From: an uncultured Candidatus Saccharibacteria bacterium
GTDB lineage: Bacteria; Patescibacteriota; UBA1384; CAILIB01; JAUSJZ01
Length of the DNA: 64,000 nucleotides
NCBI GenBank assembly: GCA_964421635.1
Contig: CAYQWZ010000001.1
Location: 71,267-135,266, forward strand
Direction: 5' to 3'
Below the pieces are notes generated by a model, which searched no databases, was not told the origin of the DNA, and was given only the letters and a program-made list of their open reading frames with translations. Made by a program: the position numbers and the translations under genes. Numbering within the stretch: position 1 is the first letter of the stretch; each line of letters starts with the position of its first letter. Positions 9,851-19,641 of this stretch are shown piece after piece.

Positions 9851-11226
9851 AGGAGCTTCCCAAACCACCCGGTTTGCGCAAGATGATAGGCCCAAGCCTG
9901 ATTCTTTTAGGTTTAGGATTAGGCAGCGGCGAAGTAATTTTATGGCCATACCTTTCGGCTAATTTTGGGTTAGGAATTATTTGGGCAGCGCTTGCAGGCA
10001 TCACCATTCAATTTGTTTTGAATATGGAAGTCGAGCGTTACGCCGTGATAAAAGGGGAGAGTGTTTTCATTGGCTTCGCTCGTCTTTACAGGCGCTTGCC
10101 AATTTGGTTTATTATCTCTACTTTTATAGGATTCGGTTGGCCCGGTATTATCGCCGCCTCCGCTAAAGTCTTAGCTCAACCTTTAGGAATTAAGAACTTT
10201 GAACTTTTAGCAATTGGGCTTTTAATTTTAATTGGCGTCATTCTGACTTTGGGGCCAATCCTTTATAAGACAGTGGAGACTTATCAAAAAGTTGCTATAT
10301 CGATTGGCATTCCAATAATTTTTTATTTAGTTTTCAAAACTACTACTATAGCTGAGACTTCAGATTTATTCGCCGGATTAATGGGACAGGGGAACGGATA
10401 TCAATTTATTCCTAAAGGTTTGCCTCTGTTCACTTTTTTGGGTGCTTTGGCCTATGCTGGCGCCGGCGGCAATCTGAATTTAGCACAGTCTTTTTATGTA
10501 CGAGATAAAGGATACGGAATGGGTAAGTACGGCGGACGCATAACTAGTTTAATTACAGGCACAGCTGAAAAGGTTCAAATTACGGGCAGCACTTTTCAGG
10601 TCAACGCTAAAAACGAGAAACTCTTCAAAAAATGGTGGCGACTAGTTAATTTAGAGCACGGCATTGTCTTTTGGGGTATAGGATTTTTCACTATCTCAAT
10701 GCTAGCCTTACTGTCATACAGCACCACTTTTGGCCAAGCGGGTAATGCTGAAGGAATTAATTTTATTTTGAATGAGGGAAACGCTATTACTAATTTAGTG
10801 GGGCCAACACTAGCCGTAATTTTCTTCCTAGTAGCAGCCTTAATGCTTTTTGGTACTCAGCTCACTGTTTTAGATAGCACCTCGCGCATAATGACTGAGA
10901 ACTATTTAATTGCTCGTTTTAATAGAAAAAATGTAAAACCGCCAACAATTTATTACACTGTCTTGTGGCTACAAATTTTATTCGGTATTGCTGTATTCTT
11001 ACTTGGATTTTCAGAACCAATCACTCTAATCGTCTTGGGCTCAGTAATTAATGCCATAGCTATGTTGGTGTCATTTGTTTTAATCCTTATATTAAATAAT
11101 ACGCATTTAGCAAAAAGTTTGCGCCCTGGAATTATCCGTAAATCAGTTCTTATTGCTGCCATAATTTTCTTCACTTATTTCTCTTACATTGCTTTCACTG
11201 AAGCTCTTGCTAAGATCATCTCCTAA
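9817..11226 (+). CDS. Nramp-family-like (APC superfamily) membrane transporter
   Basis: GP.LI..GLGLGSGE..LWP, NME..RY...GES; about 11 TM segments. Confidence 0.7.
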   Translation: MGQDYLPKTPIKELPKPPGLRKMIGPSLILLGLGLGSGEVILWPYLSANFGLGIIWAALAGITIQFVLNMEVERYAVIKGESVFIGFARLYRRLPIWFIISTFIGFGWPGIIAASAKVLAQPLGIKNFELLAIGLLILIGVILTLGPILYKTVETYQKVAISIGIPIIFYLVFKTTTIAETSDLFAGLMGQGNGYQFIPKGLPLFTFLGALAYAGAGGNLNLAQSFYVRDKGYGMGKYGGRITSLITGTAEKVQITGSTFQVNAKNEKLFKKWWRLVNLEHGIVFWGIGFFTISMLALLSYSTTFGQAGNAEGINFILNEGNAITNLVGPTLAVIFFLVAALMLFGTQLTVLDSTSRIMTENYLIARFNRKNVKPPTIYYTVLWLQILFGIAVFLLGFSEPITLIVLGSVINAIAMLVSFVLILILNNTHLAKSLRPGIIRKSVLIAAIIFFTYFSYIAFTEALAKIIS

Positions 11227-11227
11227 T

Positions 11228-11257
11228 TTGCCAAACAAATACCGAACACGGTATAAT
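11228..11257 (+). promoter_or_regulatory. sigma70 promoter, leaderless geometry
   Basis: TTGCCA-18 nt-TATAAT; GTG start 7 nt downstream. Confidence 0.6.
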
Positions 11258-11263
11258 TAATAA

Positions 11264-14137
11264 GTGAAAGAAAAACTTTTTGAAGGATTAACTTTAGAGC
11301 AAAGAAAAGCCGTCACGCATTTAAGTGGGCCCGCTTTGGTTATCGCTGGCGCAGGAACAGGCAAGACAAAAGTACTGACTCATCGCATCGCATATTTAAT
11401 AGATAAAAAGTTTATCAAACCAGAAGAAGTTTTAGCTCTAACCTTTACCGAAAAAGCAGCCGCTGAAATGCAAGAACGGGTAGATCAGCTTCTACCTTTG
11501 GGTACGAACACTTCTACGATTACTACCTTCCATAGCTTCACCACCGAACTACTTCGACAATACGCTCACTTCCTAGCTATTCCGGCCGATTTCTCGTTGT
11601 TAACTCAAGAAGAAGAATTGGTTTTCTTACAAGATCATTTATTTGAGTTACCTCTAAAAATTCTGCGGCCCGGCTCAAATCCTGAAAAGTTCTTGCAACC
11701 AATTTTGATCTTTTTTAATCGTTTGAAAGACGAAGCCATCTCATTCGACGACCTAGATAAGCTCGGCCAGAAAAAAACAAAGTCAAATGACAATGCCGAA
11801 CATGATGAAGGATTACAACTAATTGAGCTAGCAGTTACTTATAAAAAGTATGAAGAATTATTAAAAGAAGAAGGATACCTCACTTTTGGCCACTGTATTA
11901 CAGAAACTATCAAACTGTTTAAATTACGGCCATCCGTATTACGCGAAGTAAAAAAATCTTACAAACAAATTTTAATTGATGAGTACCAAGACACTAACTG
12001 GGCACAGACAGAACTGGCGTCTTTAATTGCCGGTAAAAAAGGTAACATTATGGCTGTCGGCGATGATGATCAGGCCATCTATCGTTTTCGCGGCGCTGCC
12101 TCCTCAAACTTAATATCATTTCTTGATCGTTTTCCCAAAGCAAAAAGAGTCGTGTTAACAAAAAACTTTCGCTCTACTCAACAAATTTTAGACACTGCTT
12201 ATCGAACCATTCAACATAATAATCCTGACCGTTTGGAGTATAGAGAAAAAATAGACAAACGATTAATTGGTCAAACTAAAGGATTAGAGCCGCAAGTAAT
12301 TCTGTACGATAGGCTTAACTCCGAGTTAGCGGGCATCACCAAGTTAGTGCAAGACATGTTAGATGAAGGAACTTCTCCCGAAGAGATCGCTGTTTTAACT
12401 CGTACCCGTAATCACGCTAATAAAATTTCAAACTCACTTAAAGATGCTGGCATTCCGGTTAATAATCCAGCGGCCAATAAATTATACAACCAGCCAGTGG
12501 TCAAGAACATTATGGCGTTTTTGAATTTACTGAAAGACACGCGCGACAATTTATCTTTCTATAATGTTTTTTCAAATACACCTTTTAAGCTAGATGCCAA
12601 AACTTTTAATCAAATTTTGGCTCGCCGCTTCTATAAAGAAGATTCATTCTTCGTTCACACAACTGAACTTATCAAACAAGACCCCGCCTGGATTAATAAA
12701 AAATCTAAAACTACTATTCAAAAAGTTTTAAAGCTACATCAAGATATATCTGAATATTTAAACGAACGACCAACCCTTGCTATCCTTCATTATATTCACC
12801 AGTCTGGTCTTTATAAAAAGCTGGCCAAAAGTAAAAAGGTAATTGCAGAAATTCAATTAGAACAAATTGGACGACTGTTCGACGAAGCGCAAAATTATGA
12901 AGAACGCCACCGTCACGCTGACTTAATTCAATTTCTTAATTATTTAGAGATCGCCATTGAAAATAATATTGATGCCAAAATTGAAGATTTTAGTACTGAC
13001 CCTTTTATGGTTAATGTTATGACTATCCATCAAAGCAAAGGCTTAGAATTTGATTCTGTAATAATTGCTCATTGTGCCAACGGTCGGTTTCCAAGTCGTA
13101 ACAGACGCGATGTTTTTACTGTTCCAGCTGAGCTAGCTAAAGAACCCTTACCAGAAGGCGACTGTCATTTAGAAGAAGAGCGCCGTTTATTTTATGTAGC
13201 CATGACTCGTGCTCGAAAACAGGCATTTTGTACTGCCTCCACTTATTACGGAGAAGGAAATCGTAAATCAAAAATATCTCCGTTTATGTTTGAGGCTTTT
13301 TCAGAAGAAGTAGCGAAGTTGAATGCTTTATCTTTTAAATCAACCGAGTACTTACAGATGCCACTAGATCTAACTGAGCAGGAATATCAAATGATTGAAC
13401 CCGTACCTCAATTTATTACAGTCAGCCAAACAGATTTAGACACCTACATTGGTTGTCCTCGTCAATACCGGTACAAAAAGATTTTAAAAATTAAAGTACA
13501 TCCGGCTGCCGCTCTCTCATTTGGCATCGCCGTTCATAACACCCTACGCGCTTACTTTGATTTGAAAAAAAGAAATCAAAGACCCAAAATAGAAGAGCTG
13601 CTTAATGAATATTGGATAAGTGGCGGTTTTGAATCTAAAAAACATGAAAGTGACCGAAAGAAAGAAGGATTAGATGCGCTAAGAAAAATGGAAGTGTCGT
13701 TGCAGAAACTTAATCCAGAAAAAATGGAATGGTCTTTCAACTTTCCGCTGGCATCAGGCGATAGGTTACGAGGGCGCATCGATCGAGTTGATAGAGTAGG
13801 GAAGAATCTGGTTGAAATTGTTGACTACAAAACTGGCAGCCCAAAAGAAGAATCAAAGATAAAAAAAGATTTACAGCTCGGCACCTATATCTTAGCGGTT
13901 GAAAGTAAAACCAAAGATCGGGTAAAACAGGTTACCCTAGATTATGTTGTATATAATAAGAAGGTCAAAGTAAATCGCGATCAATTTGAGCTGCAGAAAG
14001 TAAAAGAAAAAATTGCTCAGGCAATTACCAGTCTGAAAAAAGATATGGGTGAAGATAATTTTATTGCCAAACCTGAGAAAATGAAATGTTCTTTCTGCGA
14101 CTTTAAATCTATCTGTCCTTATCGCTATACTGAATAA
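11264..14137 (+). CDS. UvrD/PcrA-type helicase fused to a C-terminal PD-(D/E)XK nuclease with a 4-Cys Fe-S staple (AdnAB/AddAB-like)
   Basis: AGAGTGKT, DEYQD, VGDDDQAIY.FRGA, TIHQSKGLEF, EERRLFYVAMTRA; GCP...GRIDRVD..IVDYKTG...CSFCDFKSIC. Confidence 0.9.
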   Translation: MKEKLFEGLTLEQRKAVTHLSGPALVIAGAGTGKTKVLTHRIAYLIDKKFIKPEEVLALTFTEKAAAEMQERVDQLLPLGTNTSTITTFHSFTTELLRQYAHFLAIPADFSLLTQEEELVFLQDHLFELPLKILRPGSNPEKFLQPILIFFNRLKDEAISFDDLDKLGQKKTKSNDNAEHDEGLQLIELAVTYKKYEELLKEEGYLTFGHCITETIKLFKLRPSVLREVKKSYKQILIDEYQDTNWAQTELASLIAGKKGNIMAVGDDDQAIYRFRGAASSNLISFLDRFPKAKRVVLTKNFRSTQQILDTAYRTIQHNNPDRLEYREKIDKRLIGQTKGLEPQVILYDRLNSELAGITKLVQDMLDEGTSPEEIAVLTRTRNHANKISNSLKDAGIPVNNPAANKLYNQPVVKNIMAFLNLLKDTRDNLSFYNVFSNTPFKLDAKTFNQILARRFYKEDSFFVHTTELIKQDPAWINKKSKTTIQKVLKLHQDISEYLNERPTLAILHYIHQSGLYKKLAKSKKVIAEIQLEQIGRLFDEAQNYEERHRHADLIQFLNYLEIAIENNIDAKIEDFSTDPFMVNVMTIHQSKGLEFDSVIIAHCANGRFPSRNRRDVFTVPAELAKEPLPEGDCHLEEERRLFYVAMTRARKQAFCTASTYYGEGNRKSKISPFMFEAFSEEVAKLNALSFKSTEYLQMPLDLTEQEYQMIEPVPQFITVSQTDLDTYIGCPRQYRYKKILKIKVHPAAALSFGIAVHNTLRAYFDLKKRNQRPKIEELLNEYWISGGFESKKHESDRKKEGLDALRKMEVSLQKLNPEKMEWSFNFPLASGDRLRGRIDRVDRVGKNLVEIVDYKTGSPKEESKIKKDLQLGTYILAVESKTKDRVKQVTLDYVVYNKKVKVNRDQFELQKVKEKIAQAITSLKKDMGEDNFIAKPEKMKCSFCDFKSICPYRYTE

Positions 14138-14140
14138 ACC

Positions 14141-15250
14141 ATGGAAACACTACTATATATTTTGATTATCCTTCTGATTGCCACCCTGTTTGGTATGTTT
14201 GTAATCCTTAAAAAAATAAAAGCTCCGTCAGTTAGCATGGGGTCAGATATCGCTCAAAGTGTTAGTGAGAATCTTTTTAAACAGTTACAGTCTGCTAATG
14301 AACAGCTAATTACTTTAGCTAATGACAAGTTAGGGGCAGAGCGAAAAAATATTAACACTGATTTGCAAAATAAAAAAGAGGCGATTGAGAATTTAATGAA
14401 TGAGATTCGCAAGGATTTAAGAAATGTTGAGCAAATTCGAGTAGGCAGCTTTAAAGATTTAGAACGCGGGCTCAAAGAACACCAAGAGATAACCAAACAA
14501 CTCTCAGCCACCACAGACAGCCTTAAAAGAATCCTTTCTAATAATAGGCTACGCGGTCAGTTCGGTGAGCAGGTAGCTGAAAATTTATTAAAGATGGCCG
14601 GATTTGTCAAAGGAATAGACTACCAGTTTAACAAAGCTCAAGATACTTCAAGTTCGCGACCTGATTTTACAGTCTTTTTGCCAGATAAAACAAAAATTAA
14701 TGTTGATGCTAAATTTCCATACGACAACTTGCAACGCTCAATAGAGAGTGAGAATGAAGAAACGAAGCAAGAATATTTTAAGAAGTTTAAACAAGATGTT
14801 AAAGAAAAGATTAGACAGGTCACTACCAGAGATTATATTAATCCTGAAGAAAAAACCGTAGATTTCGTAATTTTATTTGTACCAAATGAAATGATCTTCT
14901 CATATATTTATGACCAAATGAATGATGTTTGGTTAGAAGCAATGAAATCAAAAGTAATGATGGCCGGCCCTTTTAGTTTTACAGCCATTTTGCGCATGGT
15001 GCGACAATCTTATGATAATTTCAGATATCAAAATAATGTACAAAACATCATCACCTATATTAAACAGTTTGAAAAAGAGTTTGAAAAATATACTACTGAG
15101 TTTATAAAAATTGGTACACGCATTAAATCACTTGATGATCAATATAATTTAGTTGATAGAACTCGCACCAATCAGTTGAAGCGCACTGTTGATAAAATTA
15201 AGATAGAAGAAGGCACAAGTGACGAGCCGAAATTATTAGATGATAATTAA
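14141..15250 (+). CDS. rmuC: DNA recombination protein RmuC
   Basis: N-terminal TM, coiled coil, RGQFGE, RPD..V.LP, VDAKFP, DFV.LFVPNE. Confidence 0.9.
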   Translation: METLLYILIILLIATLFGMFVILKKIKAPSVSMGSDIAQSVSENLFKQLQSANEQLITLANDKLGAERKNINTDLQNKKEAIENLMNEIRKDLRNVEQIRVGSFKDLERGLKEHQEITKQLSATTDSLKRILSNNRLRGQFGEQVAENLLKMAGFVKGIDYQFNKAQDTSSSRPDFTVFLPDKTKINVDAKFPYDNLQRSIESENEETKQEYFKKFKQDVKEKIRQVTTRDYINPEEKTVDFVILFVPNEMIFSYIYDQMNDVWLEAMKSKVMMAGPFSFTAILRMVRQSYDNFRYQNNVQNIITYIKQFEKEFEKYTTEFIKIGTRIKSLDDQYNLVDRTRTNQLKRTVDKIKIEEGTSDEPKLLDDN

Positions 15251-15252
15251 GG

Positions 15253-16179
15253 ATGATAATTAAGATTGACCAAAATTTAGTCGGGCAAAGATTAGACTTA
15301 GCTCTTTCACAATCCTTGAAAGTAAGTCGATCAAAAGCGGCTAGTTTAATTAAAACAAAAGAAGTAACTGCAGAGAAAGAAATTAAACCCAGCACTTTAT
15401 ATAGTGAAAGCTTGGTACTGAAAAGAAATAAACCCGCCTTTTTAAAAGAAAAAAAGACAACCGCAAAACTAGATATCATCTTTGAAGATAATGACATCAT
15501 TGTTATCAATAAACCAAGTGGTGCTGTGGTGCATCCGGGAGTAGGGAATAAGGTTAATACTATCTCTCAGGCTTTAATTAATTACTATCCTCAATCTATT
15601 ACTGCTACCTTTGATAACAGTGATCTGTCGAAAGATAGAGCAGGAATTGTGCATCGGCTCGACAAAGATACTTCAGGTGTAATGGTATTAGCCAAAAATA
15701 AATTGTCACTCAATAATTTACAAAAACAGTTCCAAGATCAAGTTGTGCAAAAAGAATATATCTTCGTTTGTGCCGGAAAGCTTACTAGTCAAACAGTCGA
15801 CATGCCTATTGCGCGAGATTCTAAGAACAGAATGAAAAAGAAGGTACGGCTCGAAGGTAAGAACGCAATAACAGTATTTGAACTTCAATCATTTTCTAAA
15901 ATAGATACTCACACTTTGTCTTATATAAAGGCCTTACCAAAAACTGGCCGCATGCACCAAATTAGAGTGCACGCCAGCTATCTTGGTAATCCTATATTAG
16001 GAGATATTATATATGGGAATAAGGAATCAAAAAGGATTTCAAATGATTTGAATATTAAAAGAGTAATGCTGCACGCTCAAAAAATAACCTTCGAGCACCC
16101 AACGAGTGGTGAGAGTATTTCATTCAGTGCCCCTGTAGCTACAGACTTATCCACAATAATAAATAAGATAACCTCATAA
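15253..16179 (+). CDS. RluA/RluD-family pseudouridine synthase
   Basis: S4-like N-terminus, NKPSG.VVHP, VHRLDKDTSG, TGRMHQIRVH. Confidence 0.92.
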   Translation: MIIKIDQNLVGQRLDLALSQSLKVSRSKAASLIKTKEVTAEKEIKPSTLYSESLVLKRNKPAFLKEKKTTAKLDIIFEDNDIIVINKPSGAVVHPGVGNKVNTISQALINYYPQSITATFDNSDLSKDRAGIVHRLDKDTSGVMVLAKNKLSLNNLQKQFQDQVVQKEYIFVCAGKLTSQTVDMPIARDSKNRMKKKVRLEGKNAITVFELQSFSKIDTHTLSYIKALPKTGRMHQIRVHASYLGNPILGDIIYGNKESKRISNDLNIKRVMLHAQKITFEHPTSGESISFSAPVATDLSTIINKITS

Positions 16180-16234
16180 TTGAGATTAATTTATACTCTT
16201 GTAATTCGGTTTTAGGCTGTGATAGCATAGATTT

Positions 16235-16858
16235 ATGAAAAGAATTCGTATCACCATATCAATCTCAAAAGATGTAGCCACAGAAGTAGATAATCTTGTA
16301 GATGGAACAAGAATTCGCAACAGATCTCACGCCATTGAATCTCTCCTGTCAGAAGGTCTTAAAATGTCTTCTATAAAAACTGCTGTTATTTTAGCTGGTG
16401 GTAAGAATGTTACTAATCGAGCAGCTGCTATTAAAGATGCTATGGCACAATTGCAATCCTTCGGTATATTTAGTATTACTATCGCTGTTGGCTTTTTAGG
16501 TAATGAACTTTTAGAGAATCTTAACCTTAAAGAAGATAACAATATTTCTGTTCATCGTTCTAATAATGGAACAGGTGGTTCGCTTTATGAATTGAAGTCA
16601 AAGTTAAAAAAGCCTTTCTTTGTAGTAAATGTAAATGAAAAAACTAAGGTAGATTTGCAAAACCTCGTGAAGTTTCATAACGAACATAAACCAACTGCTA
16701 CTATCGCTACCAAAAGCTTACGAGATTTAAATGGTTTTTATTTGCTTGAGCCAGACATCTTTAGCTATATCCCCAAGGGTTTTTCTAGCCTTGAGGACGA
16801 TGTATTTGTTAAACTGACAAAAGATGGCAAATTACTGTCTTATCCTGTTTTAACTTAA
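16235..16858 (+). CDS. Ribbon-helix-helix regulator fused to a degenerate sugar-nucleotidyltransferase domain
   Basis: RITISI...VD.LVD...RNRSHAIE (RHH) followed by AVILAGG and GTGG. Confidence 0.65.
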   Translation: MKRIRITISISKDVATEVDNLVDGTRIRNRSHAIESLLSEGLKMSSIKTAVILAGGKNVTNRAAAIKDAMAQLQSFGIFSITIAVGFLGNELLENLNLKEDNNISVHRSNNGTGGSLYELKSKLKKPFFVVNVNEKTKVDLQNLVKFHNEHKPTATIATKSLRDLNGFYLLEPDIFSYIPKGFSSLEDDVFVKLTKDGKLLSYPVLT

Positions 16859-16859
16859 T

Positions 16860-18113
16860 ATGAGGAAAAAATATTTTAGTCAGTTTGTTTTATTTTGGGT
16901 TATTTTTATAATAGCCTTGTTTGTTAATCTTCCTATTTCAAACGGATTCAAAATTGGCAACTGGCAGAAAGATCTCAAACTGCATAAAGGTTTAGATTTA
17001 GTCGGAGGCACTCAGCTAGTCTATGAGCTAAAAACAGAAGGATACGCAGGCAGCCAAGATGAAGCTACTAGTAGAGCTAGCGAAGTTATTCGTCTGAGAG
17101 TTGACGCTCTGGGTGTAGCTGAACCTGTTATTCAATCTACAAAAATAAATGGTAATGCTGCTATTCTAGTTGAGTTGCCGGGCATCGACGATACAGATCT
17201 AGCTAGAGATATTATTGGACAAACTGCCCAACTATTATTTATGACTACCGATGGGGAGGTGGTGTTGACCGGAAACGAAGTTGTTGATGCTAGCCCTACT
17301 TTCGATCAAACCACCAATCAGCCAAATGTACGATTAGAGCTCAATGCTGAAGGAGGAGAAGCTTTTGCTAAAGCTACAGAAGCAAACATAGGCCAACCAA
17401 TATTTATCTTGTTAGATAATCAAATTATTTCTAATCCGGTAGTACAAGAAAAGATTCCAAACGGTGTAGCTACTATCACCATAGGTGAACAGAATAGAAC
17501 TGAAGCTGTAAAAACTGTTAATCAACTGACGACACAAATTAATTCTGGCGCCTTGCCTGTACCTATGGAGCTGGTTGAAGAGAGAACAGTGGGAGCAAGT
17601 TTGGGTCAAGAGTCTGTTAGACAAAGCATCTTTGCCGGCATCGTTGGCTTTACTGGACTGCTTCTATTTATGATTGTTGTTTACGGATTATCTGGTTTAG
17701 TAGCCGTTCTAAGTTTAATTTTATATACATTCATAATGTTTTTCTTTATTCAATTAATTCCAATTACTCTGACTTTAGCTGGAATCGCAGGTATCATTCT
17801 TACCTTGGGTGTTACTGTCGATGCTAACATCCTCACCTTCGAGCGTATGAAGGAAGAAGTAAGAGAAGGCAAAGATATGAGCTTCGCTGTTAAAGAAGGC
17901 GCTAAGCGTGCATGGAGCAGTATTAGAGATGCCAACTATTCATCCTTAATTACAGCAGTTATTCTATTTTACTTTGGCACCGGTCCTATTAAAGGATTCG
18001 CTCTAATTCTAATAGTTGGAGTATTGGTAGGAATTTTCAGCGCCATTTATATGACTCGCATATTACTTAACTTTTTACTGATGACAAGATTTAAGGATAA
18101 ACTGATCAAATGA
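16860..18113 (+). CDS. secD: Protein translocase subunit SecD
   Basis: GLDLVGG, RVDALGVAEP, SGALP, VDANIL.FER.KEE, IRDAN. Confidence 0.96.
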   Translation: MRKKYFSQFVLFWVIFIIALFVNLPISNGFKIGNWQKDLKLHKGLDLVGGTQLVYELKTEGYAGSQDEATSRASEVIRLRVDALGVAEPVIQSTKINGNAAILVELPGIDDTDLARDIIGQTAQLLFMTTDGEVVLTGNEVVDASPTFDQTTNQPNVRLELNAEGGEAFAKATEANIGQPIFILLDNQIISNPVVQEKIPNGVATITIGEQNRTEAVKTVNQLTTQINSGALPVPMELVEERTVGASLGQESVRQSIFAGIVGFTGLLLFMIVVYGLSGLVAVLSLILYTFIMFFFIQLIPITLTLAGIAGIILTLGVTVDANILTFERMKEEVREGKDMSFAVKEGAKRAWSSIRDANYSSLITAVILFYFGTGPIKGFALILIVGVLVGIFSAIYMTRILLNFLLMTRFKDKLIK

Positions 18114-19009
18114 TTATCAAACGAAGAAAAATTTGGTATATAATTTCCACAATTTTAGTGGTAACTAGTTTGTTCGGCATCTTTGTCATTGGACTACCTT
18201 TAGGGTTAGATTTCACCGGCGGAAATATTGCCGAAGTAGAGGTCAGCGAAAATCTTAATGCCTCAGAAATTGCTCAGAGATTAGAAGATAATAACATCAC
18301 TAGCTCTGTTCAATCAACAGAACTGAATAATTATATTATCAAATTCAATAGCAACTCAGGGCAAGAGAATGGGGGAATACCATCACAAAAAGAGTTAAGC
18401 TCAATCTTCGATGACCAAATAATTATTAACAAGTTTGATTCTATTGGCCCTACAGTTAGTCATGATCTTCAACAGAAAGCCGCCGAGGCTATGTTAATTG
18501 CTATGGTTGGTATTATTTTATATATTGCTTGGGCATTCAAAAATTCGTCTAAAACAACCTCTGCTTGGTCTTTAGGAGTAATTGCCGTTATTGCATTAAT
18601 ACACGACAGCGTTATAGTAACTGGAGTTTTCTGTCTTTTGAGTCAATCTAGTACCAGACTGGTGATTGATACCTACTTTATTACCGCTATCTTAACAATT
18701 ATTGGATATTCCGTAAACGATACCATAGTCATTTTCGATCGTCTGAGAGAAATAATTAGAAAGAATCCTACATTATCATTGCTCGAAGCAACAGAAAGGG
18801 GAGTGCAAAGTACAATGGCACGATCACTAAATACATCTTTCACAGTACTAATAGTAATTGCTTCTATGCTTTTGCTTGGCGGCAGTTCACTATTTTCATT
18901 TCTTCTTGCATTATTGCTTGGAGTAATAGTTGGAACATACTCTTCTATCTTTATAGCCGCCCCTCTTTTCGTTTCTTGGAACAACTTTTTAGAACATCGC
19001 CGCCGCTAA
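18110..19009 (+). CDS. secF: Protein translocase subunit SecF
   Basis: GLDFTGG, IGPTV, HD, GYSVNDTIVIFDR.RE, GTYSSIFIA. Confidence 0.96.
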   Translation: MIIKRRKIWYIISTILVVTSLFGIFVIGLPLGLDFTGGNIAEVEVSENLNASEIAQRLEDNNITSSVQSTELNNYIIKFNSNSGQENGGIPSQKELSSIFDDQIIINKFDSIGPTVSHDLQQKAAEAMLIAMVGIILYIAWAFKNSSKTTSAWSLGVIAVIALIHDSVIVTGVFCLLSQSSTRLVIDTYFITAILTIIGYSVNDTIVIFDRLREIIRKNPTLSLLEATERGVQSTMARSLNTSFTVLIVIASMLLLGGSSLFSFLLALLLGVIVGTYSSIFIAAPLFVSWNNFLEHRRR

Positions 19010-19052
19010 TCGTTGTCTTTAGTTAATCTCTTTTGTAGAATTATATTAACTT

Positions 19053-19424
19053 ATGTATATTGCATTGTTAGGATTAATTTTTGGAGTAGCACTGGGTGCC
19101 ATCTTTCCTATTACCATTCCTTTGATTTATGCCCGCTACACGGCTGTAGCAATTATTGGCTTACTAGATAGCGTCATTGGAGCACTACGAGCCAACATGC
19201 AGAAGCAGTACGATACTTCAATCTTTCTAACTGGAGTATTAATTAATATGGTTTTTGCTATGGCTCTTACATATCTCGGAGATAGGCTATCGCTCGATTT
19301 ATACTTAGCAGTAGTCGTAGTATTTGTCTTTAGGATTTTCAGAAACATGGCTCAAATGAGATACAGTATGTTAACTAGCTATCTTGGAAAGAAACGCGTG
19401 AACGAAGAGTTACACAAAGAATAG
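19053..19424 (+). CDS. DUF1290 / small basic protein (Sbp)-like membrane protein
   Basis: Y.AVAI...LDSV.G..RA, YLGD.L..DLYLA.V.VF..RIF.N; promoter TTGTCT-17-TAGAAT upstream. Confidence 0.8.
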   Translation: MYIALLGLIFGVALGAIFPITIPLIYARYTAVAIIGLLDSVIGALRANMQKQYDTSIFLTGVLINMVFAMALTYLGDRLSLDLYLAVVVVFVFRIFRNMAQMRYSMLTSYLGKKRVNEELHKE

Positions 19425-19432
19425 AACAACTT

Positions 19433-19476
19433 TCACTCCCCTCAGCATTTACGAGACCGGTGGGGGAGTGATTTTT
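19433..19476 (+). terminator. Intrinsic terminator
   Basis: TCACTCCCCT...GGGGGAGTGA stem followed by TTTTT. Confidence 0.6.
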
Positions 19477-19613
19477 AATTAATTATAGTTAATTGCACCA
19501 AGATAGAGCGAGCACAGCGCAGTAATGTAATGCAATTATTGTTTATTGTATTAATTATCAATCATATCTTTATGCGATGTAGGAAGAGAGAGTGAATATT
19601 TAGCTGTCTTTTC

Positions 19614-19641
19614 ATGTCGCATAATGTTTCTTCTACGACGT
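19614..19641. other. Candidate dif-like tyrosine recombinase site
   Basis: ATGTCGCATAA-TGTTTC-TTCTACGACGT: 11-6-11 imperfect palindrome, 8/11 symmetric. Confidence 0.35.
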
